Source of the DNA: an uncultured virus (IMG/VR IMGVR_UViG_3300032222_000250)
Lineage: Duplodnaviria > Heunggongvirae > Uroviricota > Caudoviricetes
Direction: 5' to 3' (one strand)
Virus record (IMG/VR): IMGVR_UViG_3300032222_000250
DNA length: 64,000 nucleotides
Shown piece after piece: positions 27,988-37,081 of the stretch; position 1 is the stretch's first letter; each line of letters opens with the position of its first letter. A program made the translations under genes and the position numbers. Under the pieces are notes generated by a model. The model was given only the letters and a program-made list of their open reading frames with translations. It was not told the origin of the DNA and made no database searches.

Positions 27988-30213
27988 ATGGCAATTCAAA
28001 CTAACATATTTACCAATTGTAATAATGTAAATCAAACACAGATATTACAGTATAATGACATATTCTTCAATCCTGGAGATATTGCTTATTATGATGGATT
28101 ATGTTGGATTGATACCGAAGTAAATAGTGATTTAATACCCGTTGCCGATGTAACGTTTAGTGGGTATGGTAGTTGTGATGATTGTATTTCTACCAATTTA
28201 CTTGGACTTCAAATTCAAAATTGTACTTCAAGTGAACTTGCTGTAATAACTGTACCAACAAATATTGTACCTACACTTAATACTGTAATTTTATATGATG
28301 GTAGTTGTTGGGAATATGTTGCACTTAGACCAACTAATGACAATGTCTATACATCATTAACTACATATGAAGATTGTACAGTTTGTTTAGATTTAAACAC
28401 AGGAACTACTCAATATTCTGCGGTTACATTTACAAATTGTTGTGACTCAACAGATGTATTAACATTTAATATAATACCATCAAATTTTGTATATCCTTTT
28501 GGTAGTACGGTTGTTTATAATAATAAGTGTTATTCGTTAACTAATACAACAACCGCTTCAACAGTAACAGCAACTTTTGAATATCCTGAATATCAAAATT
28601 GTACTTTTTGTCAATCGGAAATTCCGTGTCCGACACCAACACCAACGCCGAGCGTCACCGCAACACAGACGTTAACACCAACTAATACACCAAGTATTAC
28701 GCCAACAAAAACAATAACACCAACACCAACAAAAACACCGGGATTAACTCCAACACCAAGTTATACTACAACTACAACAACAAGAGCCACAGAAAAAAAT
28801 GAATGTAATGTTATTACATTATTTCCATTAGGTGTTACTTGTAATGTTGTAAATCCAACAATCGTAAATGGATTTGGTACTATGAGTTTATTTATAACTG
28901 GTGGTACACCACCATATAATATAGTTTGGAGTAATGGTATTATTGATTCAACTGTTGTTAGTGGTTTAACACCAGGAGTTTATTCTGCAATTGTAACTGA
29001 TTATTCTTGGCCTAATAGTGGACCTGATTTTACAGCATCTACAACATGTACAATAATTGGAGTAACACCAACACCTACACCATCATTAACACCAACGTTA
29101 ACTCCATCGCCAACACCTACACCATATACTGGTTTATGTGTGACATTTACATTGACTAATAATCAACAATATCAGTATCAGTTTAATTATTATTCAACAA
29201 TAAATAATAAACCTGCTTGGACTGCAGCGACTTATTCATCACCAATAACAACTGGTTCTGGTGGAATATTGGTATTAAGTAATTCTGTATTATCAGGTTG
29301 GACAATTCAAGGTTTGTCAACAGACGCTTACCCAAGTTCAAATACGACTTCAATACCACCGTTAAATAATTGGATTATGAATGGAAGTAGTCAAATTAGT
29401 TCTTTAAGTGTGGTTACAGGTACTTGTCCTACTTATTTACCACTTAACATGTCTGTGGTTACATCATCGGCGACTTGTACAGCAACGGCTGATGGTTCAA
29501 TAGCGATTCAACCATATGGTGGTTCGGGTTCATATATTTACTCAATTAATAGTGGAACCACAACAGGAACAACGGCTTATTTCTATGATTTAAATCCTGG
29601 TATATATACGGTGTATGTTAAAGATACTGTGACAGGATTGTATATTACCCAAAATATTACGGTGGCAAATTTAAATCAAAATGTAACAACAACATTACAA
29701 TTAACACAAACAACAAATCAAACTCAAATTGACAGTCCATATGTGCAATCTAAAAATCAAATATGGAGTTTAAATTGTGGTGATATTCCAAATGGAGTTA
29801 CGATTACAATGTTATTTGACATTAGTAATAATTTTGAACTTTATAAACCTGGTAGTGGAAATAACAATCTAACCAACATTGTTATTAATAAAAATAATGT
29901 ACCAATAACAATAACTTCAGGTGGTACAACAAACACATCATCACCAAGACCTTTCTGTTCACCAAATAACATTGAAACGACTTTAAAAGATTTGTCGGCA
30001 ACAGTTTCTGTAACAAATAGTGATACTTTAACGGTTAATGTTTACAACTATGGTATTATAACAAGTGCTACAACATCAAGTTGTGATACAACAATAAATA
30101 GTGAAATCCAAATTAATGGTTCATTTAACTACATATCTGAGGATAATTGTAATACTATAATATCTGGTGGTTTATCAGTGGTTAGTGTTGTTGAAAAGTC
30201 ATTACAAGAATAA
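27988..30213 (+). CDS. Cys-rich, Pro/Thr-repeat virion protein with SprB-like repeats
   Basis: Three Cys modules, PT tracts, GTMSLFITGGTPPYNIVWSNG..LTPGVYSAIVTD and DGSIAIQPYGGSGSYIYSI..LNPGIYTVYVKD. Confidence 0.75.
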   Translation: MAIQTNIFTNCNNVNQTQILQYNDIFFNPGDIAYYDGLCWIDTEVNSDLIPVADVTFSGYGSCDDCISTNLLGLQIQNCTSSELAVITVPTNIVPTLNTVILYDGSCWEYVALRPTNDNVYTSLTTYEDCTVCLDLNTGTTQYSAVTFTNCCDSTDVLTFNIIPSNFVYPFGSTVVYNNKCYSLTNTTTASTVTATFEYPEYQNCTFCQSEIPCPTPTPTPSVTATQTLTPTNTPSITPTKTITPTPTKTPGLTPTPSYTTTTTTRATEKNECNVITLFPLGVTCNVVNPTIVNGFGTMSLFITGGTPPYNIVWSNGIIDSTVVSGLTPGVYSAIVTDYSWPNSGPDFTASTTCTIIGVTPTPTPSLTPTLTPSPTPTPYTGLCVTFTLTNNQQYQYQFNYYSTINNKPAWTAATYSSPITTGSGGILVLSNSVLSGWTIQGLSTDAYPSSNTTSIPPLNNWIMNGSSQISSLSVVTGTCPTYLPLNMSVVTSSATCTATADGSIAIQPYGGSGSYIYSINSGTTTGTTAYFYDLNPGIYTVYVKDTVTGLYITQNITVANLNQNVTTTLQLTQTTNQTQIDSPYVQSKNQIWSLNCGDIPNGVTITMLFDISNNFELYKPGSGNNNLTNIVINKNNVPITITSGGTTNTSSPRPFCSPNNIETTLKDLSATVSVTNSDTLTVNVYNYGIITSATTSSCDTTINSEIQINGSFNYISEDNCNTIISGGLSVVSVVEKSLQE

Positions 30214-30242
30214 AATAAAAATAAAAGTATTTACTAAATAAT

Positions 30243-32423
30243 ATGGGTTATATAATCAAAGATACCGCAGGGTTAATCAATACAAAGTTGACAGATACTG
30301 GTAGACAGTACTTGTCTGAAGGAAATTTTAACATAAGTTATTTCCAAATTGGTGACTCTGAGGTTTGTTATAACTGTGCCAGTGGTATCTTACCATCATC
30401 AGGTTTTGTGTTAGAACCTATGTTCAATTCTCAAAATTCAACAGGAGTTCCACAAAGTAATAAACAGTATATTAAGTATCCATATTATTTACAAGGAACG
30501 TCAGGTAGTACCTATGGTATACCAACAATGCAATCGGTGGAAACCAACTTATACAACTTTACAGATAGACTTGGATTTTTTACTGGAACTAGTGGAAGTT
30601 ATAGTGCAATAACCAATTCTGCGTATACTGTAACATCTAATTATATTGTAAATTATACAGGTTGTAGTTCGGGAAATAGTATTGATTTAATTTACGATTT
30701 TTGTTCATCATCAACAGGTACTCCTGAGATTGGTAATTTTGTTACATTTATCTTTGACAGTATTGGTGGTTGTGGTAATATTAGTAGTAGTAGTCCTATT
30801 TTAACCTATAAAATACAAGCAGTTACCGCAACTAGTGTAACGGCATTTACTATTACGGTTGACAGAGCACTTCCTGATTTTGTAAATCAACCATGTTTTG
30901 GTGATGCAAGAGCATTGATATATCCAAGCGGTATGACACCATTTTATGATGCGGTTACACCGGCAAGTTATTTTAGTGGTGTCTGTTCATCTGCTGATAC
31001 GGTAAATGTTTGGAATATGAATATTCCTTGGAGTGAATCACCTGCCGGAGTTATCCCAACAATTAATGAAGATTATACATACTATGGTTCTGTTAATTAT
31101 TTAGGAACTAAAGAATATTTGGGATATCAAACTACCTCAGGTCAGTATTTTATGGATTATAGTGGTATTACTGCAAACACAGATACCTTTTATTATAATT
31201 CATACGATGAGGAAATTCCTGTGTTTCCTGAAGAACAAAAAGCGATTGCTATTGTTCATTATACTAATCAAAATGTTAACAATTATTATGGTGAAAAATT
31301 TGCGTTTGAACCATATAATTCTCTTAATCCAACCATACCAGGATTTGCAAGAAACTTCAAAGTTGAAATGCCAACTTTAATGTGGCATAAAACAACAGGA
31401 ACTACAATAGGACAAACTTTTTATGTTGACCCAGTGGGTTACGATTTGTGTTACCCATCTTATATGGATAGTAAAAAGAATGAGGATATGAACACACCTG
31501 GTATGAGATATTATCATTTGTGGGATACGAATCCAAATACAGATGGATTCCCTAACAGAGTTGGTAAAGTATATCCTGACCAAGAAATTATTGTTTTTGA
31601 TGATGAAGAAATTATTGCGGCAATGTCTTATAAGTCAAATAGAAATTGGACATTACCAGCACCAAAGTTAGGATTAATTGTACCTAATATTTGTGAGGGT
31701 GGTTCTGATACTGAAGGTATATTATCGGCAGATACAGAATATATGTGGGTGACTTATAGATTCAATTCAACAGCGTTTACTGATTCATTACATTGTAATT
31801 ATTATTCTAAAATTCAAGGACCGTCATCGGGATGTTCTTTAACCTCACAAAATGTTACCGTAAGATTTGGAAATGAATTTCCATTCTTAACACAAAGTTG
31901 TTCATCTGGTTTTACCGCAAACAAATTAAGTATCTTATGTCAAAAGACGATTGGCGATACAAGACCATTACCACAGAATTGGACTGAAATTGATGTTACA
32001 TCAGATTTGTCGGGTACTTTAGTTGGTGGATATATTACCGCATCAGGACTTACAGGAACAACATTTGTTATTAGTTTAAATGATTTTTCAGGTGGTACTA
32101 ACTATGATTTGAATGACTATGTTGACATACCAATGAATGGTGAAACTGACAAGTTGAATTTTGGTGATGAGTATTCTTTTTATGGTGATATTAGTACTGA
32201 TATCCAAGGTACGATTTATGAAATGAAATACGCAGTTAACTTGGCGGAAGAGCAATTTACTAACTCGTCAAACCCTACGTATTCAATATTAACAAGTAAT
32301 CAAAAATATATTACTGAAATTGGTCTTTATAATTCTAATAATGACCTTATGATTTTATCTAAGTTGCAGTACCCCGTGTTAAGACAGGGTATTCAGCAAT
32401 TCTTGATAAAATTTGATTTCTAA
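30243..32423 (+). CDS. Virion structural protein, tail-collar/baseplate-like
   Basis: The N-terminal KLTDTGR..G..ISYFQIGD and C-terminal YITEIGLYN..LMILSKL.YP resemble the two halves of tail-collar fibre (DUF3751-like) domains. Confidence 0.6.
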   Translation: MGYIIKDTAGLINTKLTDTGRQYLSEGNFNISYFQIGDSEVCYNCASGILPSSGFVLEPMFNSQNSTGVPQSNKQYIKYPYYLQGTSGSTYGIPTMQSVETNLYNFTDRLGFFTGTSGSYSAITNSAYTVTSNYIVNYTGCSSGNSIDLIYDFCSSSTGTPEIGNFVTFIFDSIGGCGNISSSSPILTYKIQAVTATSVTAFTITVDRALPDFVNQPCFGDARALIYPSGMTPFYDAVTPASYFSGVCSSADTVNVWNMNIPWSESPAGVIPTINEDYTYYGSVNYLGTKEYLGYQTTSGQYFMDYSGITANTDTFYYNSYDEEIPVFPEEQKAIAIVHYTNQNVNNYYGEKFAFEPYNSLNPTIPGFARNFKVEMPTLMWHKTTGTTIGQTFYVDPVGYDLCYPSYMDSKKNEDMNTPGMRYYHLWDTNPNTDGFPNRVGKVYPDQEIIVFDDEEIIAAMSYKSNRNWTLPAPKLGLIVPNICEGGSDTEGILSADTEYMWVTYRFNSTAFTDSLHCNYYSKIQGPSSGCSLTSQNVTVRFGNEFPFLTQSCSSGFTANKLSILCQKTIGDTRPLPQNWTEIDVTSDLSGTLVGGYITASGLTGTTFVISLNDFSGGTNYDLNDYVDIPMNGETDKLNFGDEYSFYGDISTDIQGTIYEMKYAVNLAEEQFTNSSNPTYSILTSNQKYITEIGLYNSNNDLMILSKLQYPVLRQGIQQFLIKFDF

Positions 32424-32424
32424 C

Positions 32425-33027
32425 ATGGCAAAAAAAACTTTACAGAATAATCCTAAAGTCTTGGGATTAGATGTGTCAACTAAAACAATTGGGTGGGCTC
32501 TATTTGATATGAGAACACAAGAGTTATTGGAATTGACCCACGTGTCACCAAGACCAAAAATTAAAACTGAAAATAAAATTGAGGAGTTGTTATCAAAGGC
32601 GGATGTCTTCAAAAGTAAATTGGAGGAATATAAGAACTTGGGTATTACCAAAGTTATTATTGAAGAACCTTTATTAAACTCAAACAATATCTACACGGTT
32701 CAAACGTTACTAAGATATAATTCGTTTGTTACAAAAAACATTTACGATGTCTTGGGTTTGGTACCTGAATTCATTTCAACATACAATTCAAGAAAGTTTG
32801 CGTTTCCACAACTGTTACAATTAAACGATAAGGGTAAGATGGTTTTATTCGGTGGATTACCAAAGGACGTTGATAAGAAACAAATCATTTGGGACTTAGT
32901 GGCAAAACGTGAACCACAAATTACTTGGCAGTACACAAGGAACAACACACTTAAGAAAGAAAACTTTGACCAAACGGATGCATATTGTGCCGTTCTTGGT
33001 TTTATGAATTCTGAAAAAATTTGGTAA
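32425..33027 (+). CDS. ruvC: RuvC-like Holliday junction resolvase
   Basis: Acidic triad in VLGLDVSTKTIGW, VIIEEP and DQTDAY. Confidence 0.8.
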   Translation: MAKKTLQNNPKVLGLDVSTKTIGWALFDMRTQELLELTHVSPRPKIKTENKIEELLSKADVFKSKLEEYKNLGITKVIIEEPLLNSNNIYTVQTLLRYNSFVTKNIYDVLGLVPEFISTYNSRKFAFPQLLQLNDKGKMVLFGGLPKDVDKKQIIWDLVAKREPQITWQYTRNNTLKKENFDQTDAYCAVLGFMNSEKIW

Positions 33028-33032
33028 TTTGT

Positions 33033-33063
33033 TTTGTATTTATCAGTGTATGTTGTATATTTG
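33033..33063 (+). promoter_or_regulatory. Bacteroidota sigmaA-type promoter
   Basis: TTTG (33033), 19-bp spacer, TATATTTG (33056). Confidence 0.75.
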
Positions 33064-33081
33064 TATAACAAACAAACGGAC

Positions 33082-33213
33082 ATGGAAAACAAAGACTGGA
33101 AACAAGGAATGACAAACGGACACATCGCACAGATTGTACGTAGAAAAAACGTGGTTCGTGTGGTTGGTTCAAAAAAAGTGTATAATAGAAAAAAAGAAAA
33201 AAAAGTTTGGTAG
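33082..33213 (+). CDS. 43-aa basic peptide, possibly ArfA-like (not in the ORF track)
   Basis: MENKDWKQGMTNGHIAQIVRRKNVVRVVGSKKVYNRKKEKKVW, directly downstream of a consensus promoter. Confidence 0.65.
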   Translation: MENKDWKQGMTNGHIAQIVRRKNVVRVVGSKKVYNRKKEKKVW

Positions 33214-33237
33214 TGTAAACAAAAATCACTATCTTTG
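33206..33237 (+). promoter_or_regulatory. Bacteroidota sigmaA-type promoter
   Basis: TTTG (33206), 20-bp spacer, TATCTTTG (33230). Confidence 0.75.
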
Positions 33238-33240
33238 TAT

Positions 33241-33339
33241 TGAGGATGGGAGTAAGGGGTAGAATAGGTTAAGACGGTCATCGTAAACATAATTCCCCTG
33301 AAATCCTTAAAAGGGAACTTCGGTTCCCTTTTTCTTTTT
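33241..33339 (+). ncRNA. Candidate ~95-nt structured small RNA
   Basis: Bounded by its own promoter and terminator, with only an 8-codon ORF inside. Nested pairings GAGGAT/ATCCTT, AGGGG/CCCCT, GTT/AAC and ACG/CGT. Confidence 0.5.
33309..33339 (+). terminator. Rho-independent terminator
   Basis: AAAAGGGAAC-TTCG-GTTCCCTTTT followed by a T-tract. Confidence 0.9.
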
Positions 33340-33351
33340 GTGGGTATTTAT

Positions 33352-33909
33352 ATGTTAGTGAAACTATTATCAATTATAAAAACACTTATTAGTGAAGATG
33401 ACCGTTTAGTTAAGGGTTCAAAGGTACTTGCTAAAACCAATTACAAAGGTTATAACTATGTGTTGGAATATGGTGACCATGCTTTTAGAAGATTTGATAG
33501 AGACCAAAATGTTGAACCAATGACAAAGGAAGAGGTTATTGAAATGTTTTATGATGCATTACCTGAATTATCTAAAAGGGCGTTTGGAATAAACAGAACA
33601 GCAATGATGAGTCCAATCATTGATGGTGTTATATATCTTAAAGATAAAAAGACTGGTCAAACCAAAAAATTACAACAACCTATTAAGTTTTATATCATTA
33701 GAAGGTCAAACAGTAACGCACAAGTTTTGTTAATGGTTAATGATTATGATAAAGAAGGTGATACCATTGTCTACAGAGTAATGACGGTAATGAAAAGTCC
33801 TGATGAAAATTTGGATTATAATAACCCAAATAAGGTTAGGGTGAACTTAAATGTATTCTTGGAGAGTTATCAACCAGAAGGTTACGAATTGTTTGTGATT
33901 GAATTGTAA
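33352..33909 (+). CDS. Hypothetical protein, possible RelE/DUF4258-like (BECR) RNase fold
   Basis: GDHAFRRFDR...EEVIEM and a terminal VMTVMK strand. The start is 33352 or the GTG at 33358, after TATTTATA. Confidence 0.5.
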   Translation: MLVKLLSIIKTLISEDDRLVKGSKVLAKTNYKGYNYVLEYGDHAFRRFDRDQNVEPMTKEEVIEMFYDALPELSKRAFGINRTAMMSPIIDGVIYLKDKKTGQTKKLQQPIKFYIIRRSNSNAQVLLMVNDYDKEGDTIVYRVMTVMKSPDENLDYNNPNKVRVNLNVFLESYQPEGYELFVIEL

Positions 33910-33949
33910 AAAATTTGTTTTTCCCATTTAATTTATTATCTTTATAGAT

Positions 33950-34867
33950 GTGGATGATGAAAAAGAAATTGTAATTGACCTTTTGCGAGATATGTTGGGC
34001 AAAGAAAAGGCCCACTATGACATGAAGTGTCAAATCACTTTTGACTGTCCAGTGTGTTCATATGAGGTTAAGGGTTTAGATAATGGTGATGGTAAGGGTA
34101 ACTTGGAGATAAATTATTGTAGACACTTATATAAGTGTTGGAGTTGCGCTGAGACTCACGGAACTCAAGGACCATTAGGTAAATTGTTTGATAGGTTCGG
34201 AAACAAGAAATCAAAAAAGACTTATCTACTTTTAAATCCTGAAGAAAAGAAAGATGAAATTAAAAAAATCCAAGTAAAACTTCCACAAGGTTATGTACAA
34301 TTCAAGGATTCAAACAAGAGATTCATTCCACACGGTGAAGCATTAAGATACCTTCATAGTAGGGGTATAACCAACGAATTGATTGAGAAGTATGAGATAG
34401 GTTATACCGTTGATGGTGAGTTCGCCTACAGGATTATTATCCCTTCATATGACAAGGACGGACTACTTAACTACTTCATTGCTCGTAGTTGGGTTCCAAA
34501 GAAGATGAAATACAAAAACCCCACAGTTCCAAAGGATGAGATTATCTTCAATGAAAGGAATGTTGATTTCAGTAAAGACATTTATTTGGTGGAGGGTGCA
34601 TTTGATATGTTGTTCTTGGACAACTGTATTCCTATATTGGGTAAACACGTATCGGCCATGTTATTTGAAAGGTTATACAATGAAGCCAAGGGTGACATTC
34701 ACATATGTTTGGATGGTGATGCTTGGGACAATGCTCAAAGATTATTCCACGAATTAAATGGTGGTGTGTTATACGGAAGGATTAAAATTATCCGACCACC
34801 AAAAGACCAAGACGTGTGTGATTTGAAAGGACAGATTAACGAATATTATATAGATTTAATGAGATGA
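33950..34867 (+). CDS. dnaG: DNA primase (Zn finger plus TOPRIM)
   Basis: CPVC..CWSC, YLHSRGI, RIIIPS, KYKNP, LVEGAFD and CLDGDA. Confidence 0.88.
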   Translation: MDDEKEIVIDLLRDMLGKEKAHYDMKCQITFDCPVCSYEVKGLDNGDGKGNLEINYCRHLYKCWSCAETHGTQGPLGKLFDRFGNKKSKKTYLLLNPEEKKDEIKKIQVKLPQGYVQFKDSNKRFIPHGEALRYLHSRGITNELIEKYEIGYTVDGEFAYRIIIPSYDKDGLLNYFIARSWVPKKMKYKNPTVPKDEIIFNERNVDFSKDIYLVEGAFDMLFLDNCIPILGKHVSAMLFERLYNEAKGDIHICLDGDAWDNAQRLFHELNGGVLYGRIKIIRPPKDQDVCDLKGQINEYYIDLMR

Positions 34868-35724
34868 TGGATGTAGAAATAGCTGTAAAAGAAATAAGAG
34901 AAATTTTAGAAAGTAAAAGGAATGAATTCAATTTAACCTTTACTGAAGAAGACCACAAATATATGATGGTAAACACGGATGGTGAAGTGGTTGATAGTCA
35001 CCCATCAGTATCAAAGGTGACCAAATTGTTCTATGAAGAATTTGATGCTGAAGGTATTGCCTACAATAAAGCCAAAGGTAATATTCAATACATGAAAGAA
35101 CTCCTGAAAGAGTGGAGTGATTCAGGTGATTACGCTTCCAACATGGGAAGTAGAGTTCACTACCATTTAGAAAAAGAAACCATTGAAAGATTTGGGGGGT
35201 TCAAAGAAGTTCGTCAACCAATATTTGATTGTGATTTGGAACAAATTACCAAAGGTGATTCCATGATTTCAGCTGGTAAAAAATACCTTAAGTTATGTGA
35301 GAGTAGGAACTTGGCTCTGTTGGATACAGAGGCGGTGTTAGGTCATCCTGAACTTGGATATACGGGACAACCTGATAAAGTTTGGGTAACAGTAAATGCC
35401 GCGGGAAATGAGATTGGTCTATTAATTACGGATTGGAAAACAAACAAGGAAAAAAACTTTAAGACTAACAAGTTTACAAAAAATATGTATCCACCGTTCC
35501 ATGAATATCCAAGTACGGCCTTGGGTCACTATTACCTTCAGTTACCTTTGTATGGTAAATTGTTGGTTAAGATGTTGGAAGGTACCAAATATGAAAACAT
35601 TAAGTTGTTGGGTTGTATTGTGGTGTTATTAAAAGAAAACTCTGAGTACGAAGAGTTCAGAGTACCAAAACCACTCATCAATACAATTTTAGATATGGAC
35701 ATTAGGAATTATTTGGAAAATTAA
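34864..35724 (+). CDS. PD-(D/E)XK family exonuclease
   Basis: PSVS, GSRVH, GQPD, ITDWKT and HYYLQLPLY. Confidence 0.82.
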   Translation: MMDVEIAVKEIREILESKRNEFNLTFTEEDHKYMMVNTDGEVVDSHPSVSKVTKLFYEEFDAEGIAYNKAKGNIQYMKELLKEWSDSGDYASNMGSRVHYHLEKETIERFGGFKEVRQPIFDCDLEQITKGDSMISAGKKYLKLCESRNLALLDTEAVLGHPELGYTGQPDKVWVTVNAAGNEIGLLITDWKTNKEKNFKTNKFTKNMYPPFHEYPSTALGHYYLQLPLYGKLLVKMLEGTKYENIKLLGCIVVLLKENSEYEEFRVPKPLINTILDMDIRNYLEN

Positions 35725-35737
35725 CTATCTTCGTATT

Positions 35738-35977
35738 ATGATTGATGAACTATTAGAAGAAAGAGACCATTTATTTGAAATTGCTACGGTGTTGTATGGT
35801 GATATGTTTGTCACCGATGAAAGTTTTTGGGGTTCACCAACCGAATTACAATTACAAAGAGTGTATGACAGATTAGATTTGTTTGGACATCAAGATGAAG
35901 AACCAACAGATGAAATGATTGAAGCTGCGGAAATCATTAAAAAAATAGTTGATAAAGGAAGAAATTCTAAAAAATAA
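35738..35977 (+). CDS. Hypothetical protein
   Basis: Co-oriented ORF filling the gap. Confidence 0.6.
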   Translation: MIDELLEERDHLFEIATVLYGDMFVTDESFWGSPTELQLQRVYDRLDLFGHQDEEPTDEMIEAAEIIKKIVDKGRNSKK

Positions 35978-35994
35978 TTATTATATTTTAAGTT

Positions 35995-36867
35995 ATGTCA
36001 AAAAAAGATAGATTAATTGAAAAATACTCATCAACTGTGGTTCCTGTTGTTACCTTGAGAAAACTTATTGATGGTGATACAACACCAACAAAGAAGTATG
36101 CTGAAAAAATTATTCAGTATTATTTATCAAGACTTTCATTGGGGAATAGAAAACAAACTGATATATTTAAAGACATTACAAAATTTGATGAGTTATTACC
36201 ATATATAAACAACAAAGACATTTATAATACTGAACATTACCCAAATAACAATTACGAACTTTTTAAGGATGTAATTAGGGATGCTGAAGTAATTAAAGAA
36301 GAAAAGACATTTGTTAGAGAAGAACACGCGACTATTTTATATGAAGATGAGAACACTCTTTTAGTAAGACCTTTAACTCATAGAGGTTCGCTGAAATACG
36401 GTGCAAATACCAGATGGTGTACTGTAAGTAAAGACAACCCAAATACGTTCAAAAGTTATTTTGATAGTAACTACTTATTTTACTTAATAAGAAAAAATAA
36501 ACAAGGTACCAAATGGGATAAAATTGCCCTTCAATTTCCAAAACAACAAAATATATTTGGTGGTGTTACTATCTATGACGCAAATGACAGTCGTGCAAAT
36601 GAACAATCATTTTCCAAGTGTGATTGGAATTTGACGGATATTATTAAGTTTGAAACGATATGTAAGGTTTTTTGTAACAGACAAAAAGAGTTGGACAATG
36701 CTCATAAAACTATTAGTCAATTCAAAAGTAGTGTTTTAGAGTATGACTACAATAAATTGAACAAAGCATTTGAGCTTTTACAAATAAAAACTGAAGATAA
36801 TTTTTATGAGGATTTGAAAAATCAAATTAAATTATTAGCTGACAGATTAAAATTAGAAAAATATTAA
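35995..36867 (+). CDS. Hypothetical protein, 'YG..TRWCT' family (paralogue 1)
   Basis: RPLTHRGSLKYGANTRWCT..FKSY..LFYLI. Confidence 0.7.
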   Translation: MSKKDRLIEKYSSTVVPVVTLRKLIDGDTTPTKKYAEKIIQYYLSRLSLGNRKQTDIFKDITKFDELLPYINNKDIYNTEHYPNNNYELFKDVIRDAEVIKEEKTFVREEHATILYEDENTLLVRPLTHRGSLKYGANTRWCTVSKDNPNTFKSYFDSNYLFYLIRKNKQGTKWDKIALQFPKQQNIFGGVTIYDANDSRANEQSFSKCDWNLTDIIKFETICKVFCNRQKELDNAHKTISQFKSSVLEYDYNKLNKAFELLQIKTEDNFYEDLKNQIKLLADRLKLEKY

Positions 36868-36868
36868 T

Positions 36869-37081
36869 ATGGAAATACCAAAAATGAAAATTGACTTAAG
36901 GGAACAACCTACGGTCAAGTGTGCTAAATGTGAATCACTATGGTTTGAAGAAGTAACCATGATAAAGAAAGTATCAAAACTTTTAACAGGTGGAACTGAA
37001 GATACCATTGTACCATTCCCAACTTACAGATGTGCGGATTGTAAGCACATGAATGAAGAGTTTAATGTGTTTAACCAATGA
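36869..37081 (+). CDS. Zn-ribbon protein
   Basis: CAKC...CADC. Confidence 0.7.
   Translation: MEIPKMKIDLREQPTVKCAKCESLWFEEVTMIKKVSKLLTGGTEDTIVPFPTYRCADCKHMNEEFNVFNQ

Noticed and set aside
32742..33290. 182-aa minus-strand ORF and other short antisense ORFs in the track
   Set aside because: They overlap well-supported plus-strand genes and have no recognisable motifs.
33241..33310. tRNA, tmRNA or SRP RNA
   Set aside because: There is no cloverleaf or TTC-loop and no SRP conserved motif, and it is too short for tmRNA. No tRNA was recognised anywhere in the window.
34864..35724. Cas4 or CRISPR-associated nuclease
   Set aside because: It lacks the Fe-S Cys cluster and there is no array; its position beside primase fits a phage exonuclease.
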